This document shows positions 51,716 through 64,000 of a stretch of 64,000 nt of DNA, one piece after another. Below the pieces are notes generated by a model. The model was not told where the DNA came from. It ran no database searches and saw only the letters and a program-made list of their open reading frames with translations. A program made the position numbers and the translations under genes. This DNA is from the human T2T-CHM13v2.0 reference genome, Homo sapiens: the NCBI RefSeq assembly GCF_009914755.1, contig NC_060929.1. One strand, 5' to 3'. Every line of letters begins with the position of its first letter. Position 1 is the first letter of the stretch.

Positions 51716-54700
51716 TAAATTTTCCATTTTATCAAAATAGAATATGGGAACATGCTATTGTCAATACCTCACTTAAGTCAGATAGCCTGTATGTCTTCTG
51801 CCTTCTTCATACTTGTAAAAGAAATTCATACTTTCTGCCTAAGTTAGTCATACTTTGGCTCTAGTTCCAAACTATTCTTCTCACAATCAATTGAATAACT
51901 TTATGAATTCCTAGTCCCGAATTATCCTTTTTCTCTTTTCTAAATGGAAAATTCTAGTTAAGTGCTCCTAGTTATATTTGTCTTTTCTTGGCTGATTTTT
52001 ACCTGTTTGCTTCAAAATGTGTCTCCTTTTTTGCCTGGTGGATTCTCCAGATCTCTCATTTTTTTTTTTTTAACTGCTCAACCATCATTACCACCCGGTA
52101 CTCTACTTTCACTTCTCTGGAAATCATGTATCTAAGCTCTCAGCTCTGAACCACCTGTTTAACTTGTTATTAATATAATCATTTTCTCTGAATACTTTGA
52201 TTTCTCTGACCCATATCAAACTGCCCTGTTTTGATGGTTATCAAGAGAGCTTAATGTCATCACTGTCTAGTTTTTCTTAGCTATTTGATTTAACTGATGC
52301 CACCAACAGATATTTGTTGAGTGCCTTCTGTGTGCCAGACAGTGTGTCAGACAGTGTGTTAGGTGATGAGTTGTATTTATATTTATCATAACAACAAATA
52401 TTGACTTCCTTTTAACACAGTTAATTATCTTCATCTTTACTCTCTCTCCCTGCCACTGTTTGACTTTATTATTTGAATCCTAAAGTGTGATGCTTCCTAT
52501 ATTTTGTTTAGTATTTTAATTTGTTTCAGGTAGGGGGATAAACCTGGTCCTGGTTACTCTATCATGGCCAAAAGCAGAAGTCTCAGATTATGTTTTAAAA
52601 CATGTACATGCTTCCAACTGAAAGGTTATTCCATACAAGACAATGTCTTCTTTAGCATTTACCCCAATTTATATTTTTTCATAATTTATACTCTCTTACC
52701 AATCTGCTAATAATTACATATGAAGGGATATTACACAGAAAGATTCTTGTTTTCATTTTCATCACTCAGGGTTCAAGGGAGACAGACAGAATAAGTAACC
52801 ATTTCATAGCAAAAGAATTTTCCTCTTCACCATCCTTTATCCTCATGGCTCCTCCTTTCTCTCATCTCTTCCAGTGATTTATTGACTTGAAACACAAGAA
52901 TGTAAAGAGCCAATTGAGCCACATCTGTGTGAACAGTAGAAGTACTGCCCACAGCTCTGTCTTGGAACATGGAGAAAAAAATATGTAAAATTCTAAGAAT
53001 ATATTTATCAGGCATGTGAATTATAATGTCTCAGTTTAGTAAAGAAAGTAAGTGGATTAAACTTTTTGCCCCTAAAAAGCCCTCAAATGGAAGACCCTCT
53101 GCTCTTAACTTGCAATTGGCTTGTTTTGGTGGGTAATTCAATTCCTCTGGCTTATGTGATTATTACAGGATTGGTTCGTGTGTTACAGTGTAAGCCTAAG
53201 GGGTTATGTATGTGATTGTACCATTATGTCATAACTTTGGAGCTGTTTGAAGTTCACTGCTTATTTTATTAGAAAAATATCTGGGTTTTGGGGAAAGAGC
53301 CAGCATTTCTCGAGTTTCATGTGTTGTTAGTAATGGATGCCTTTTCTCCCTTGTAAATATAAGCAGCATAGATTTTATTGGTATTCACCAAATTTTCAAT
53401 CCAGAAAGCCCTAGATTTAGCACAGATGTCTGTTTCTGGTTCTTATCAATTGTCACGGTACTATAGCTAGTGACACTGCATCAGTGCTAACCATGAGCCT
53501 TTAATACCTCAATCTAAAAGGAAACTTAGTACTACAGTCTAAAAGTCTTACAGCTACTGCATCTGGCACTCTTTGAGTCCTGTGGGCTTTTCCTTCTCTT
53601 CTCAAGGGAATTTGGCACTGAAATAGTTTCCATACCATGCAAGACAGAAAAACACATCATCATGGATCAAAACAACCTGCTTTCTTTTTTCAAGGATTTT
53701 TTTAAATCACTAACATCTGTCAGCAACATGAAACCTGCAGGATTTATAAAAAGCATTTCCTTAAGGACTGTTGTGTGTGATTACTTCTCATTGGTCTGAC
53801 ATAATTTAACCTAGACATCTTTCTGCATTTACTTACTTTTAAGTTTCAATATATTGTTAATAGGCTATTTTTGGAACCACTGTGAGGAAATTGCCCATAT
53901 GTAATGCATTTCTCAGGAAGACCATGTGTTTTCAGTGATGAATCAAACAAAGCCGTGCAACTGATGCTAATGGAGAAGAATCTTTCTCTTCTCTCTTTCT
54001 GTTTCTCCCTCTCTCTCTCTCTCTTTCCTTGTATCCTGAGCCAGGGAGACAGCTGTTTTCTCCCACACAGTGGAGGAGAGGTTGAATACTAAGCTGTGGT
54101 GTCTGGCTGCCTGTCAGAACAATAGTAAACTGCACACCTGTCGGCTCTTGGCAAGCAGGGATGGTAAAATGACTAACATTGTTTTCCTAGCTTTCTCTTC
54201 TTGACAAGCACACCACTGGCTACGTTTCTTTCTCATTCGGTTCACAAAGGCTTAGATTTCTCCCTAGAGGCACCAAGGGAATTAAGCAGTTTTACTACTG
54301 CTTCTAATAAACAGCTTCCTTTAGAGAAGGTGGATTTTCTTCTGGGACATGGTTTATTGCCATCTCTCCACCCTTTTTCCCACACTAGCCCCCTTCACCC
54401 TCCCAGGAGCACCGCCACAAAAGTTCTTTCTCCCTTTCTGATCGCTGCTTTGCATCTGTAAGCGTTTTTCTTCTGCAGCCACTCTGGTTTCCTAGAGGCA
54501 ATCCAAAAGCCCCTTCAGCTAATGGCTCATTTAGCGATCAATTTGTCAAATAATGTTCACAGATGTTTTTCTGATGGAGCAGCATGTAGTGCAGGTAATG
54601 ACTGAGTGAGTGATCACTTGCAATAGGTGACAGGATCAAGTCACTGCTTTGCCAGGCAACTTAGAGGTTGGGGTTACTGGTCAACCAGAAAGAGGACAAG

Positions 54701-56660
54701 CTCCTTTTTATTTTTAAAACATTAAAACAGCCCTATGATTCCATTTCAACTGAGTCACGGACTGGCAGCTTAAGTAGTTCTTTATATCCATCCTGGAAGA
54801 GTCAAACTGGCATGATACATATGGGGAAGTAAAAGCTATGTCTCCCTTAACTGTGCTTCCTCTTTTTTTGCGCTTTGACCATAATGCTGGCGCTGGGTAT
54901 ATAAAAAGAGCATAAAAATATTATACGTGTAGTAACATCATAGTGGCTTGAAACTGCCTTAATACCTGTTGACACTTTCTAACCTCAAACACAAGTCAGA
55001 GTCAGTCCAAAGAAACATTTACAACAAATATGGAAAACTTCGTAGCCATTAATCTGGAATGATCTGTTGAAGATCTAGAAGAATGGAATCCAACTGAACT
55101 TTTAAGTACCTAAGCCAGGACAGGACTACTGAACTGAGCAAGCTAAGATTCCCACAGCTGTACGAGCTGTGCTTTCTTTCATGGTCCTGAATTGTTTCCA
55201 TTAGCCTGAAAAGGGTTATAAAACCTACAATCAATTTAGTTTCTGGGGCATTGTGTTTTGAATACCATTTAATAGGGTGTGACAAAAACACATAATTTCT
55301 CCACGTGTTCTTACATTGCAAGCGGATCTTAACGTGGTGCTCTGCAGTGCCCCCAAAAATGTGAACAGTACCAGAAGCTTTGGAATTGGAAATAAAGGAA
55401 CAGCAACAGACAGCTAGAATGTTTAGGGTATGAGGAGAATTTAACATTTGCTAGTTGAGCACAAAGCGATAAACAAAATCTTTATCCTCTGCTTTCAACT
55501 CAGCCTGGCATTAGCCAGAGATAAACAAATTTAATTACTTCATACATGAAAAGTAAAATCATGTTTCAGAAAGGAAAAGATGAGCTTGAACACAGATGGA
55601 CAGAATACACTTAATAAGAACATTAATAAGAGATGGGTTGAATCTGATCTGCAGCTGTGGGTGTTACAGGATAAGGATTTCTGCTCCCTTTTGATGAGCA
55701 GAAATTGAACTGCTCTTCCAACTTGATGCCCAGAATCTTCTTTTTTTTGTCCTCAAATGAGCAGGCTCATTTATTTTAATGAGAGTTTTTTGACTAAGGA
55801 CAGAGACCAGCTCAGCCCTGCAACTGCTCTTAATCCATTTAGGCACTGTCTGAATTTCTCTCTTTTATGGTTATGTTGTCTCCTAACACTGCAGTGGGTT
55901 ACTAAGAAATAGGATCTGCTGGTGCTTGTTAAAATTGCTAAATTTGCATACTCTGGAAATTTCATTACTTGGCATACTTGTGATGTAGGTATTTTAGGTG
56001 ACTTACAGAACACAGGAACACAGATTGCTCAGCTATAATAGACAACAGACTGAAACATGTGAGCCAGATAGTTGTAAGAATGTTTCTCAGCTTCACCAGC
56101 CCACAGTACACTGTTCAGAGCAGGCATAATACACCCTGCTTTTGGCCTGTTTGATCTGAATGTGGAGATGTTAAACTCATTGGTGAGAAATAGCTGTGGC
56201 ACTGTCTCTCTACTTGGACTCCTGTGCAGGATACTAGGATGTTGGAAGTTTTTATGAACTTCATATTCAAATTTTCACTTGGAAATTTGACTAGGATGTG
56301 TGAAGAATCTTTCTAGGCAAATTGATTTACCATTAGTTGAACTTAGTTTTTGAACATGATGTTAGCACTTTATGGATATTAGTTAATTTATTTCTCAAAG
56401 CAGGTCTCTGAATTAGGTGTTATTGTCCCTATTTTATAAGGGAAGAATTTAAAGGTTAAAGAGATTAAATCTTGCTGACACAGGCTATTGTATGAACTGA
56501 AATTTTACTCTGAAATTCATACTGTTATAGCTTTTAATTAAGAAAAAGTTGTAAAAAATTTCCAACAATCCAGGCATTTCAAAGAAAATCAATCCTCTAT
56601 AATAACACTAATAATATTTTGGTGAACATGTTTTCAGACATCACACCATTCATATATATA

Positions 56661-58971
56661 CAGGCATACCTCACTTCATTTCCCTTCACTTTGTTGTGCT
56701 CCACAGATACTGTGTTTTTACAAATTGAAGGTCTGTGGCAATCTCGGGTCAAGCAAGTCCATCGGTGCAATATTTCCAATGACGTGTGCACTTTGTGTCT
56801 CTGTGTCACATTTTGGTAACTCTCGTGATACTTCAAACATTTCATTATTATTATATGTTGTGGTGATCTGTGATCAGGAATATTTGATGTTACTACTGCA
56901 GTTGTTTTGGAGCATCACAAACTGCACCCATATAAGATGGTGAGCCTAACTGACAAATGTTGGGTGTTCTGACTGCTCCAGTGACCAGAGGTTCCTCCAT
57001 CTCTCTCCCTGTCCTTGGGCCACCCTATTCCCTGAGTCACAACATAAGGCTAACTAATAGTCGTACAATGGCCTCTAAGTGTTTGAGTGAAAAGACTTGT
57101 ATGTCTCTCACTTTAAGTCAAAAGTTAGAAATGATTAAGCCTAGTGAGGAAGGCATTTTGAAAGCTGAGGTAGACCAAAAGCTAGGCCTCTTGTACCAAA
57201 CAGTCAAGTTGGGAATGCAAAGAAAAAGTTCTTGAGGAAAATTAAAAGTACTAGTCCAGTGAACACATAAATGATAAGAAAGTGAAACAGCCTTATTGCT
57301 GTCATAGAGAACGTTTGAGTGGTCTGAATAGATCAAACCAGCCACAATATTCCCTTAGGCTAAAGCCTAATCCATAGCAAGGCGCTCTCTTTAATTCTAA
57401 GAAGGCTGAGAGAAGTGAGGAAGCTTCAGAAGCAAAGTTTGAAACTAGCAGAGGTTGGTTCATGAGGTTTAAGGAAAGAAGCTGTTTCCATCACATAAAA
57501 GTGCAAGGTAAAGCAGCAAGTGCTGATATAAAAGCTGCAGCAAGTTATCCGGAAGATCTAGCTCAGATCACTAATGAAGGTGGCTCCACTAAACAACAGA
57601 TTTTCAATGTATACAAAACAGCCTTCTATTGGAAGGAAGAGGCCATCTAGGACTTTCATGGTTACAGAGGGATGGTCCATGCCTGGTCTGAAAGCTTCAA
57701 AGGATGGGCCAACTTTCTTGTTAGGGACTAATGCAGCTGGTGACTTAAAGTTGAAGCCAATGCTCATTTAGCATTCCAAAAATGCTAGGGCCTTTAAGAA
57801 TTGTGCTAAATCTACTCTGCCTGTGCTCTATAAGTGGAACAACAAAGCCTGTATGATGGCACATCAGTTTACATCATGGTTTCCTAAATATTTTAAGCCT
57901 AGTGTTGAGACCTACTGCTCAGGAAAGAAGTTACTTTCAAAACATTACTGCTCAGTGATAACACACTTAGTTACTCAAGAGCTCTGATGGAATGTACTGA
58001 GATATGCATGTTGTTTTCATGCCTGTTAACACAACATCCATTCTGTAGCCCATGGATCAAGGAGTAATATTGACACTGAAGTCTGATTATTTATGAAATA
58101 CATTTCTTCTGATGGATCTGGGCAAAGTAAATTGAAGACCTTCTGGAAATAACTCACCATTCTAGATGCCATTAAGAACATTTAGAATTCATGGGAAGAT
58201 GTCAAAATAGCAACATAACCAGGAGTTTAGAAAAAGTTGATTCCAATCCTCATGGATGACTTTCAAGTGTCAAGACTTCAGTGGAGGAAGTGACTGTAGA
58301 TATGGTGGAAATAGCAAGAGAGCTAGAGTTAGAACTGGAGCCGGAAGATGTGACTGAATTGCTGTAATCTCATGATAAACATTTAATGGAAGAGAAGTTG
58401 TTTTTTATGGATGAGCAAAGAAAGAGATTTTTTCCTTTTAGATGGAATATACTTCTGGTGAAGATTCTGTGAACATTTAAAAAATGACAGTAAAGTTTTT
58501 AAAAGATTACATAGACTTAGTTAATAAAGCAGCAGCAGGCTTTAAGAGAATTGACTCCAACTTTGAAAGAAATTCTACTGTGGGTAAAATGCTATCAAAC
58601 AGCACCACATGCTACAGGAAACCATTCATGAAAGAGTCAATAGATGTGGCAAACTTCCCTGTCGTCTTAGGATAAGAAGTTGCCACAGACACCCCAACCA
58701 TTAGCAACAACCACCCTGATCAGCCAACAGTCATAAACATTGAGGTAAGAACCTTCTTCAGCAAAAAATTACAGTTTGCTGAAGGCTAGGATGATTGTTA
58801 GTATTTTTTGTAACAATAAAATACTGCACACTTAGTAGACTACAGTATACCGTATACATCACTTTTATATGTACTAGGAGACTAAAACAATTGTGTGACA
58901 TGCTTTTTTGTGATATTTGCTTTATTGTGGTGATCTGGAACTGAACCCACAATATCTCCAAGGTATGCCCA
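56661..58971 (+). mobile_element. Near full-length Tigger1 DNA transposon
   Basis: TIRs caggcatacctc... / ...aaggtatgccca with flanking TA dinucleotides; ~2.3 kb. Confidence 0.95.
57068..58430 (+). pseudogene. Disrupted Tigger1 (pogo/TIGD1-like) transposase
   Basis: MASKCLSEKTCMSLTLSQKLEMIKPSEEGILKAEVDQKLGLL (CENP-B-type HTH), [21 protein letters not shown] and LLGTNAAGDLKLKPMLI (DDE) lie in separate ORF pieces broken by stops and frameshifts. Confidence 0.9.
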
Positions 58972-59629
58972 TAATCATAACCAAAATCTTCTAAGATTGG
59001 GTGATGATGTGTGTGTGTTGGGTTGGGGTTGGGTGGAGGGGTTGGAAGGCACCTGCACCTTCAACTTTCTCTCTAATAATTATGAGAAAGCTTCTAAAAA
59101 GATATATATTATTTCCACTAATTTGCAAATGGCTTAATAAAAGTCAACACTGTAAACCATGTTTATCTAGGTTCATGGGAGATTATGTATTTCTGCAGGG
59201 TGCCTTATGGCCTGAAAGAGTTCCTTCTCCTTCCAAAATTAAAATGTAATAATCTGGAACTAAAGATGCAATATCTCTGAGACATGCCTATACCTATACT
59301 ACTAGTCTGAATTTTCATATAAATTAGATCTTAATAAACCTGCCTATAACTTGCTTTTTCAAAAAATAATATGTTAGATATTTTTTCCATAAATATCTAT
59401 GCCATCATTTAAAAAGCTGTGTAACATTGCAATGTATGTCTCAACTAACTCTATTCAACTAATCCCATATGGATAGACATATAAGTTGCTTCCAGGTTTC
59501 ACTGATATAAATAATGCTTTGATCACCTTTTTTGTGTATACCCCTTCCCTTTTTCAGTTATACTATAATCTTTTTTTTTAAATAGAATTACCATTACTGA
59601 GTTAAAGACTACATGCATTTAAACGTTGA

Positions 59630-59895
59630 GGTAGGATGTAAGTATATAAGTAATGAAGATCACACATTCTGAAATCAGTCAGGCAGGGTTTGAATTGCAA
59701 TTCCTCCACTTCATCAGTGTTAATTTAGTAATGTTTCTTAACTCTTCATCTTAGTTTTTAAATTTAGCAATAGGGATGATAAAACTAATATCATAAGTTT
59801 ATTGTGAAGAAAAAATGAGATGATGAATGCAGAGCACTTACGATACTTTTCAGGATCTGATGCGTAGTAAATAATCATAAGTGTTAGCTATTATT
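59630..59895 (+). mobile_element. MIR
   Basis: tctgaaatcagtcaggcagggtttgaattgcaattcctccactt...gttattgtgaag-like...taagtgttagctattatt. Confidence 0.7.
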
Positions 59896-60150
59896 GTTGG
59901 TGTTGTTGGATGCATTTTGCAAAACTATTTTCTAGAGAGGATTTACAAATTTATATTTCCATCAAAAATTTAAAACTGCCCATTACACACACCTTGTTTT
60001 CACTGGGTTTCTTTAACTGTTTAAATCTTTCCCAAGCTAACATCTGCTCCTCTCTGCTCCTAAAAAAACAGACAAACGAAAAACAAACAAAAAAACCCAA
60101 ATTGTTTTATTTTCATTTATCTTACTATTACTGAGCTTCAGTATCTCTAA

Positions 60151-60539
<389 letters not shown>

Positions 60540-60559
60540 CTTTTGCTCCTTTTTAAAAT

Positions 60560-62580
60560 CATTTTTTACTGATTTACAAAATCAACAATTGCAAATATTT
60601 CCCCCATTTTCATGCCATTCAGTATTTTTTTCTATTTTTTGTTTGTTTATGCCATTTAGAACTTTGACATTTTTATATAATTGGATCTTGTTTTTTTTTT
60701 TTGTAGAAGTTCTGCTTTCCACTTAATCTTTAGTGAGGGCTTTTTCACATGTAATTCATGGTAATAACCGCATTTGATTTCAGTATTTTCAATGATTTTA
60801 TTTTTATTTAAAACAGTTTTAAATCTGGAATAATTCTTGTGATAAAATCCTTCAACTTAAAAAAATCTGAGTAAATTTTTTGTACGTTTTTCTTCATGAT
60901 ACAATATGGAGTAAATAATTTAATCTTTATCATTAAATGCGATGTTATGTGTTTTGCAGAAGATATTTATCAGGTTGAGGAATATTCATCCAATTCCTGT
61001 TCACTGAGCATTTTATCACAAATGGATGTTGAATTTTGTCAGATGTGTTTTCTGAGAAAATAATATAGTTTTTCTATTTTATTTTCTTAATGTAATGAAT
61101 TATATTGATTTTTTTAAAGGTTAAGCCAATCTTGCATTCCTGGGACAAACCTCACTAGCTCATGTTGTATTACCCTTTTCACATACTGCTGAATTCAATT
61201 TGCTAGTATTAAGGATTTTCATGTCTATGTTTATGAGGTATTTTGATAGGGAGTTCCTTTACTTGAAATGTCTTTGTCTGATTTTGGTGTCAAGCTAATG
61301 CTGACATCATAATAATTGGTAAATATATTCTTACCTTATTTTTTTGAAAGATTGTGTATAAGATTGTATTATTTCTTCCTTAAATATTTCATAGAAATCC
61401 CTAGTAAAACAATCTTAGTGAGTTTTCTTGTCGGGAAGGTTTTCCTTTAGAGATACTTATATTTTCAATGTCTTCTGTGAAGGTTTGGGTAAGATTTTTT
61501 TTTAAAAATTCTAATAAATTATTTCAATTAATTAGCATTAATTTTATTCTTTTTTTTCCCTTTTGTATGTGTTGGATCTGTAGTAATGTACCTATTTCAA
61601 CCTAAATGTGGGTATTTTGTGTTTTTTCCTTTTTTTCTTCGTTAGTCTTGTGAGAAGGCTATCTTTTTCATTAAACACTTCAAAGAACCAAATTTTAGCT
61701 TTGTTCATTTTTTTTCTATGATCTGCTTTCTAGTTCATTGATCTCTGATCTAATTTTTATTTTTGTTCTTCTATTTATATTAAGTTTTGTTTGTTCTTCT
61801 TTTTTCTAACTTCTTAATATAGATTGTTATTTTAAATGTTTTCCTTTTAAAACTATAAATTCCCCTCTAAATACTGTTTCAGCCACATTCCACAAATTGA
61901 CAGATCATGTTTTCATTAAGTTCAAAATATATTCCTATTTCCCTTGTGACTTTTTCATTGATCCAAGGGTTATTAAGAAACAAATAGCTTGATTTCCAAA
62001 AATCTGGGACTTTTCTAGAAATCATATTGCTATTAGTTTCTAATTTACTACCATTTTTGTTAGAGACCATATTCTGCAAAATTTATAACTTGATATTTAT
62101 TGGACTTTTTATCCCCAGCATATGTATTAACTTAGCGAGTCTTCCTTCCATGTGTACTCAGAAAAATGTTGTTGGCTGTAATGTTCTATAAACGTCAGTT
62201 AAGTAAGTTGGTTGATAACGTTCAGATATTTTATATTTTCTCTATCCTTATTGATACTTTTTCTTCTCATTTTATTAATTACTTTATATAATAGTTATAA
62301 AATCTCCAACTACAGTTGTAAATGTTTCTATGCCTCAGTTTAGTTCTGTAATTATTTGCTTCATGTAGTTTTAGTCTCTATTATTAGATGCATATACATT
62401 TAATTTATTGTGCTTCTTGATATATTTATATTAATATATCAAAAAGATATCACTATGAAATACTCCTTCTTTATCTCTAGTAATGCTCCTTGTCTTAGAG
62501 TCTATCAATATTAATATAGCCACACTAGCTTTTTCACACTTACTATTTGCATGGAATATCTTTTCACCATTTTATTTAAA
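60560..62580 (-). mobile_element. Old L1M (L1MC/ME-type) fragments
   Basis: aatggatgttgaattttgtcagatg; ttgcattcctgggacaaacctcactagctcatg. ORF 61879-62079(-) resembles L1 ORF2 (LNNPWINEKVTREIGIYFELNEN). Confidence 0.75.
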
Positions 62581-63559
62581 AACAATCAGTGTCTTTGTGA
62601 ATCAGAAAACACAGAGTATACACAGACATGTAGATACTAATTCTTCATCTTGTGACTCCGAGCTGACCTCCATTACTATTTTTAGGAGTACTTCCTTTGA
62701 ACTTTTGTTCTTTAAAATCTGTACTACTTACCTCTACAAGGAAAGGAATGATGAGTTGCTTGAATGAAGATCATTAGGTTTCCTTTAGCCTGGAGTTCTG
62801 AGAGCTGGAGATGGATGTGGGAGTGCAGTGATCTAGCCAACAGTAGTTGGAGCAAAGGGAAAATAGAAATAATGCTCTGAACAAGGATTGGAGAAATAGA
62901 TAGACACTGGGAAATTTTACATTGAATGTGGTGATCTTAGAGACAAGATCTTGTTCAGAAAAAGGCTCCTTAGTTGAGAGAAATAATAAAGCAATGAATT
63001 CAAGAGGCAGAACTACTGTGTTATAAAGAGAAAGGGACACTTTTGAATGGTACCTAAATGATGATAGAGGAAGAGGTAGTAGGTGTTCTGAGCTGTTTCA
63101 CATGGAAAAGCCAGATTCTTTGGACTCATCATAGTAGTTTAAGGGTTTTGTGCATGTACTTGATGCTCATCCAACAGGTGACAGAGCTGCTTCTGTCCAG
63201 GAATTCCAAGTAGATATATTCAAATAAACTTGGAGATTAAGATTTGCAACTTGGTATTCAGTTGCGTACTTTTAGCTCTTTGATTTATAGTGTTTTTATG
63301 TCCCTAAGTGTAGAGTCAGGTGCCTGCATGGAATTCCATTTGCTGGTTAACTGACTTCAGTCAGATTTGTATTTTCTCCTGTTGATCTTTTAAAAAGACA
63401 TTGAGAGACAGTGAGATGAAGTATTGAAGGGAGACAAGCAAATGAGTGATCCTTACTAATAAGTAACTATTCTAACCAAAGCTAAGAGAAATTATAATTG
63501 ACAAAGATGTTTTTCATAATATGTGAAAAAATAGAAGTAGAGATCTGTACTGAAATGGA

Positions 63560-63900
63560 TGTAACACAGGTTTTGGGGTAAGAGCTTCAGAAGTAGAAAA
63601 CTTGAGTTGGTGTTTCTACCCTCATATGAACTAGTTGTATAGTCTTTTACAATCTCTTATTTTCTCTGAGCCCTGATTCTTCCTCAGTAATTGAGAATAA
63701 TAGTAATCCTATATCACAGGCTTTGAGTTTCATCTTACATGAAGTATATGAACTACATTTGTGTGCTGTAACTAGTACTTACTGAGTACTTGCTACGTAT
63801 GGGCTGCACCTGTTTTAGCAGTTGGTGCTAGATCAATGAATGAGACAAAAATCCAAGTGCTTAAGGGGAACTCATAATCCACTGGGGGCATTTACTGTTA
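63560..63900. mobile_element. MIR followed by an L2 tail fragment
   Basis: tctctgagccctgattcttcctcagtaattgagaataatagtaatcctatatcacagg (MIR); tacttactgagtacttgctacgtatggg...atgaatgagacaaaa (L2). Confidence 0.6.
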
Positions 63901-64000
63901 ATAAATTATTAATACTTCAGAATAGGAAAAGATAATTTTCCATTTCTGCAAATACCAAAATAATGCATGTTCTTTAGATGAAATAGCACTAAAGAAAAGT

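Overview
AT-rich primate genomic DNA, almost certainly human. The forensic STR D5S818 (both PowerPlex primer sites and an (ATCT)12 array at 43790-43837) places it at chr5q23.2. I find no credible protein-coding exon: the ORF track is explained by decayed L1, Alu, THE1, Tigger1 and low-complexity sequence. The window is dominated by transposon fossils. These are a THE1A provirus; solo LTRs (MLT2B, LTR16, MLT1, LTR1, MER21, MSTA/THE1D); DNA transposons (Tigger1, Tigger4b, MADE1, MER5, MER96B-like); MIR and L2 pieces; six full Alus; and a ~15.4-kb nest in which a near full-length L1MA carries a ~1.6-kb NUMT, an AluSp and a younger L1PA, which in turn carries MADE1, AluY and AluSz. The most unusual items are: (i) the NUMT (control region CSB1-3, tRNA-Phe, 12S), which is ~150 nt longer between CSB3 and tRNA-Phe than modern human mtDNA, has a templated junction and matches the 12S-V5 primers perfectly; (ii) a MER5A1 split by a fold-back hairpin plus ~1 kb of AT-rich palindromic tandem repeat; (iii) an unassigned inverted repeat with 57-bp arms at 42043-42193. 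I see no evidence for a new gene-encoded system. Repeat subfamily names and mtDNA/reference comparisons come from recalled consensus sequences, not from a search.
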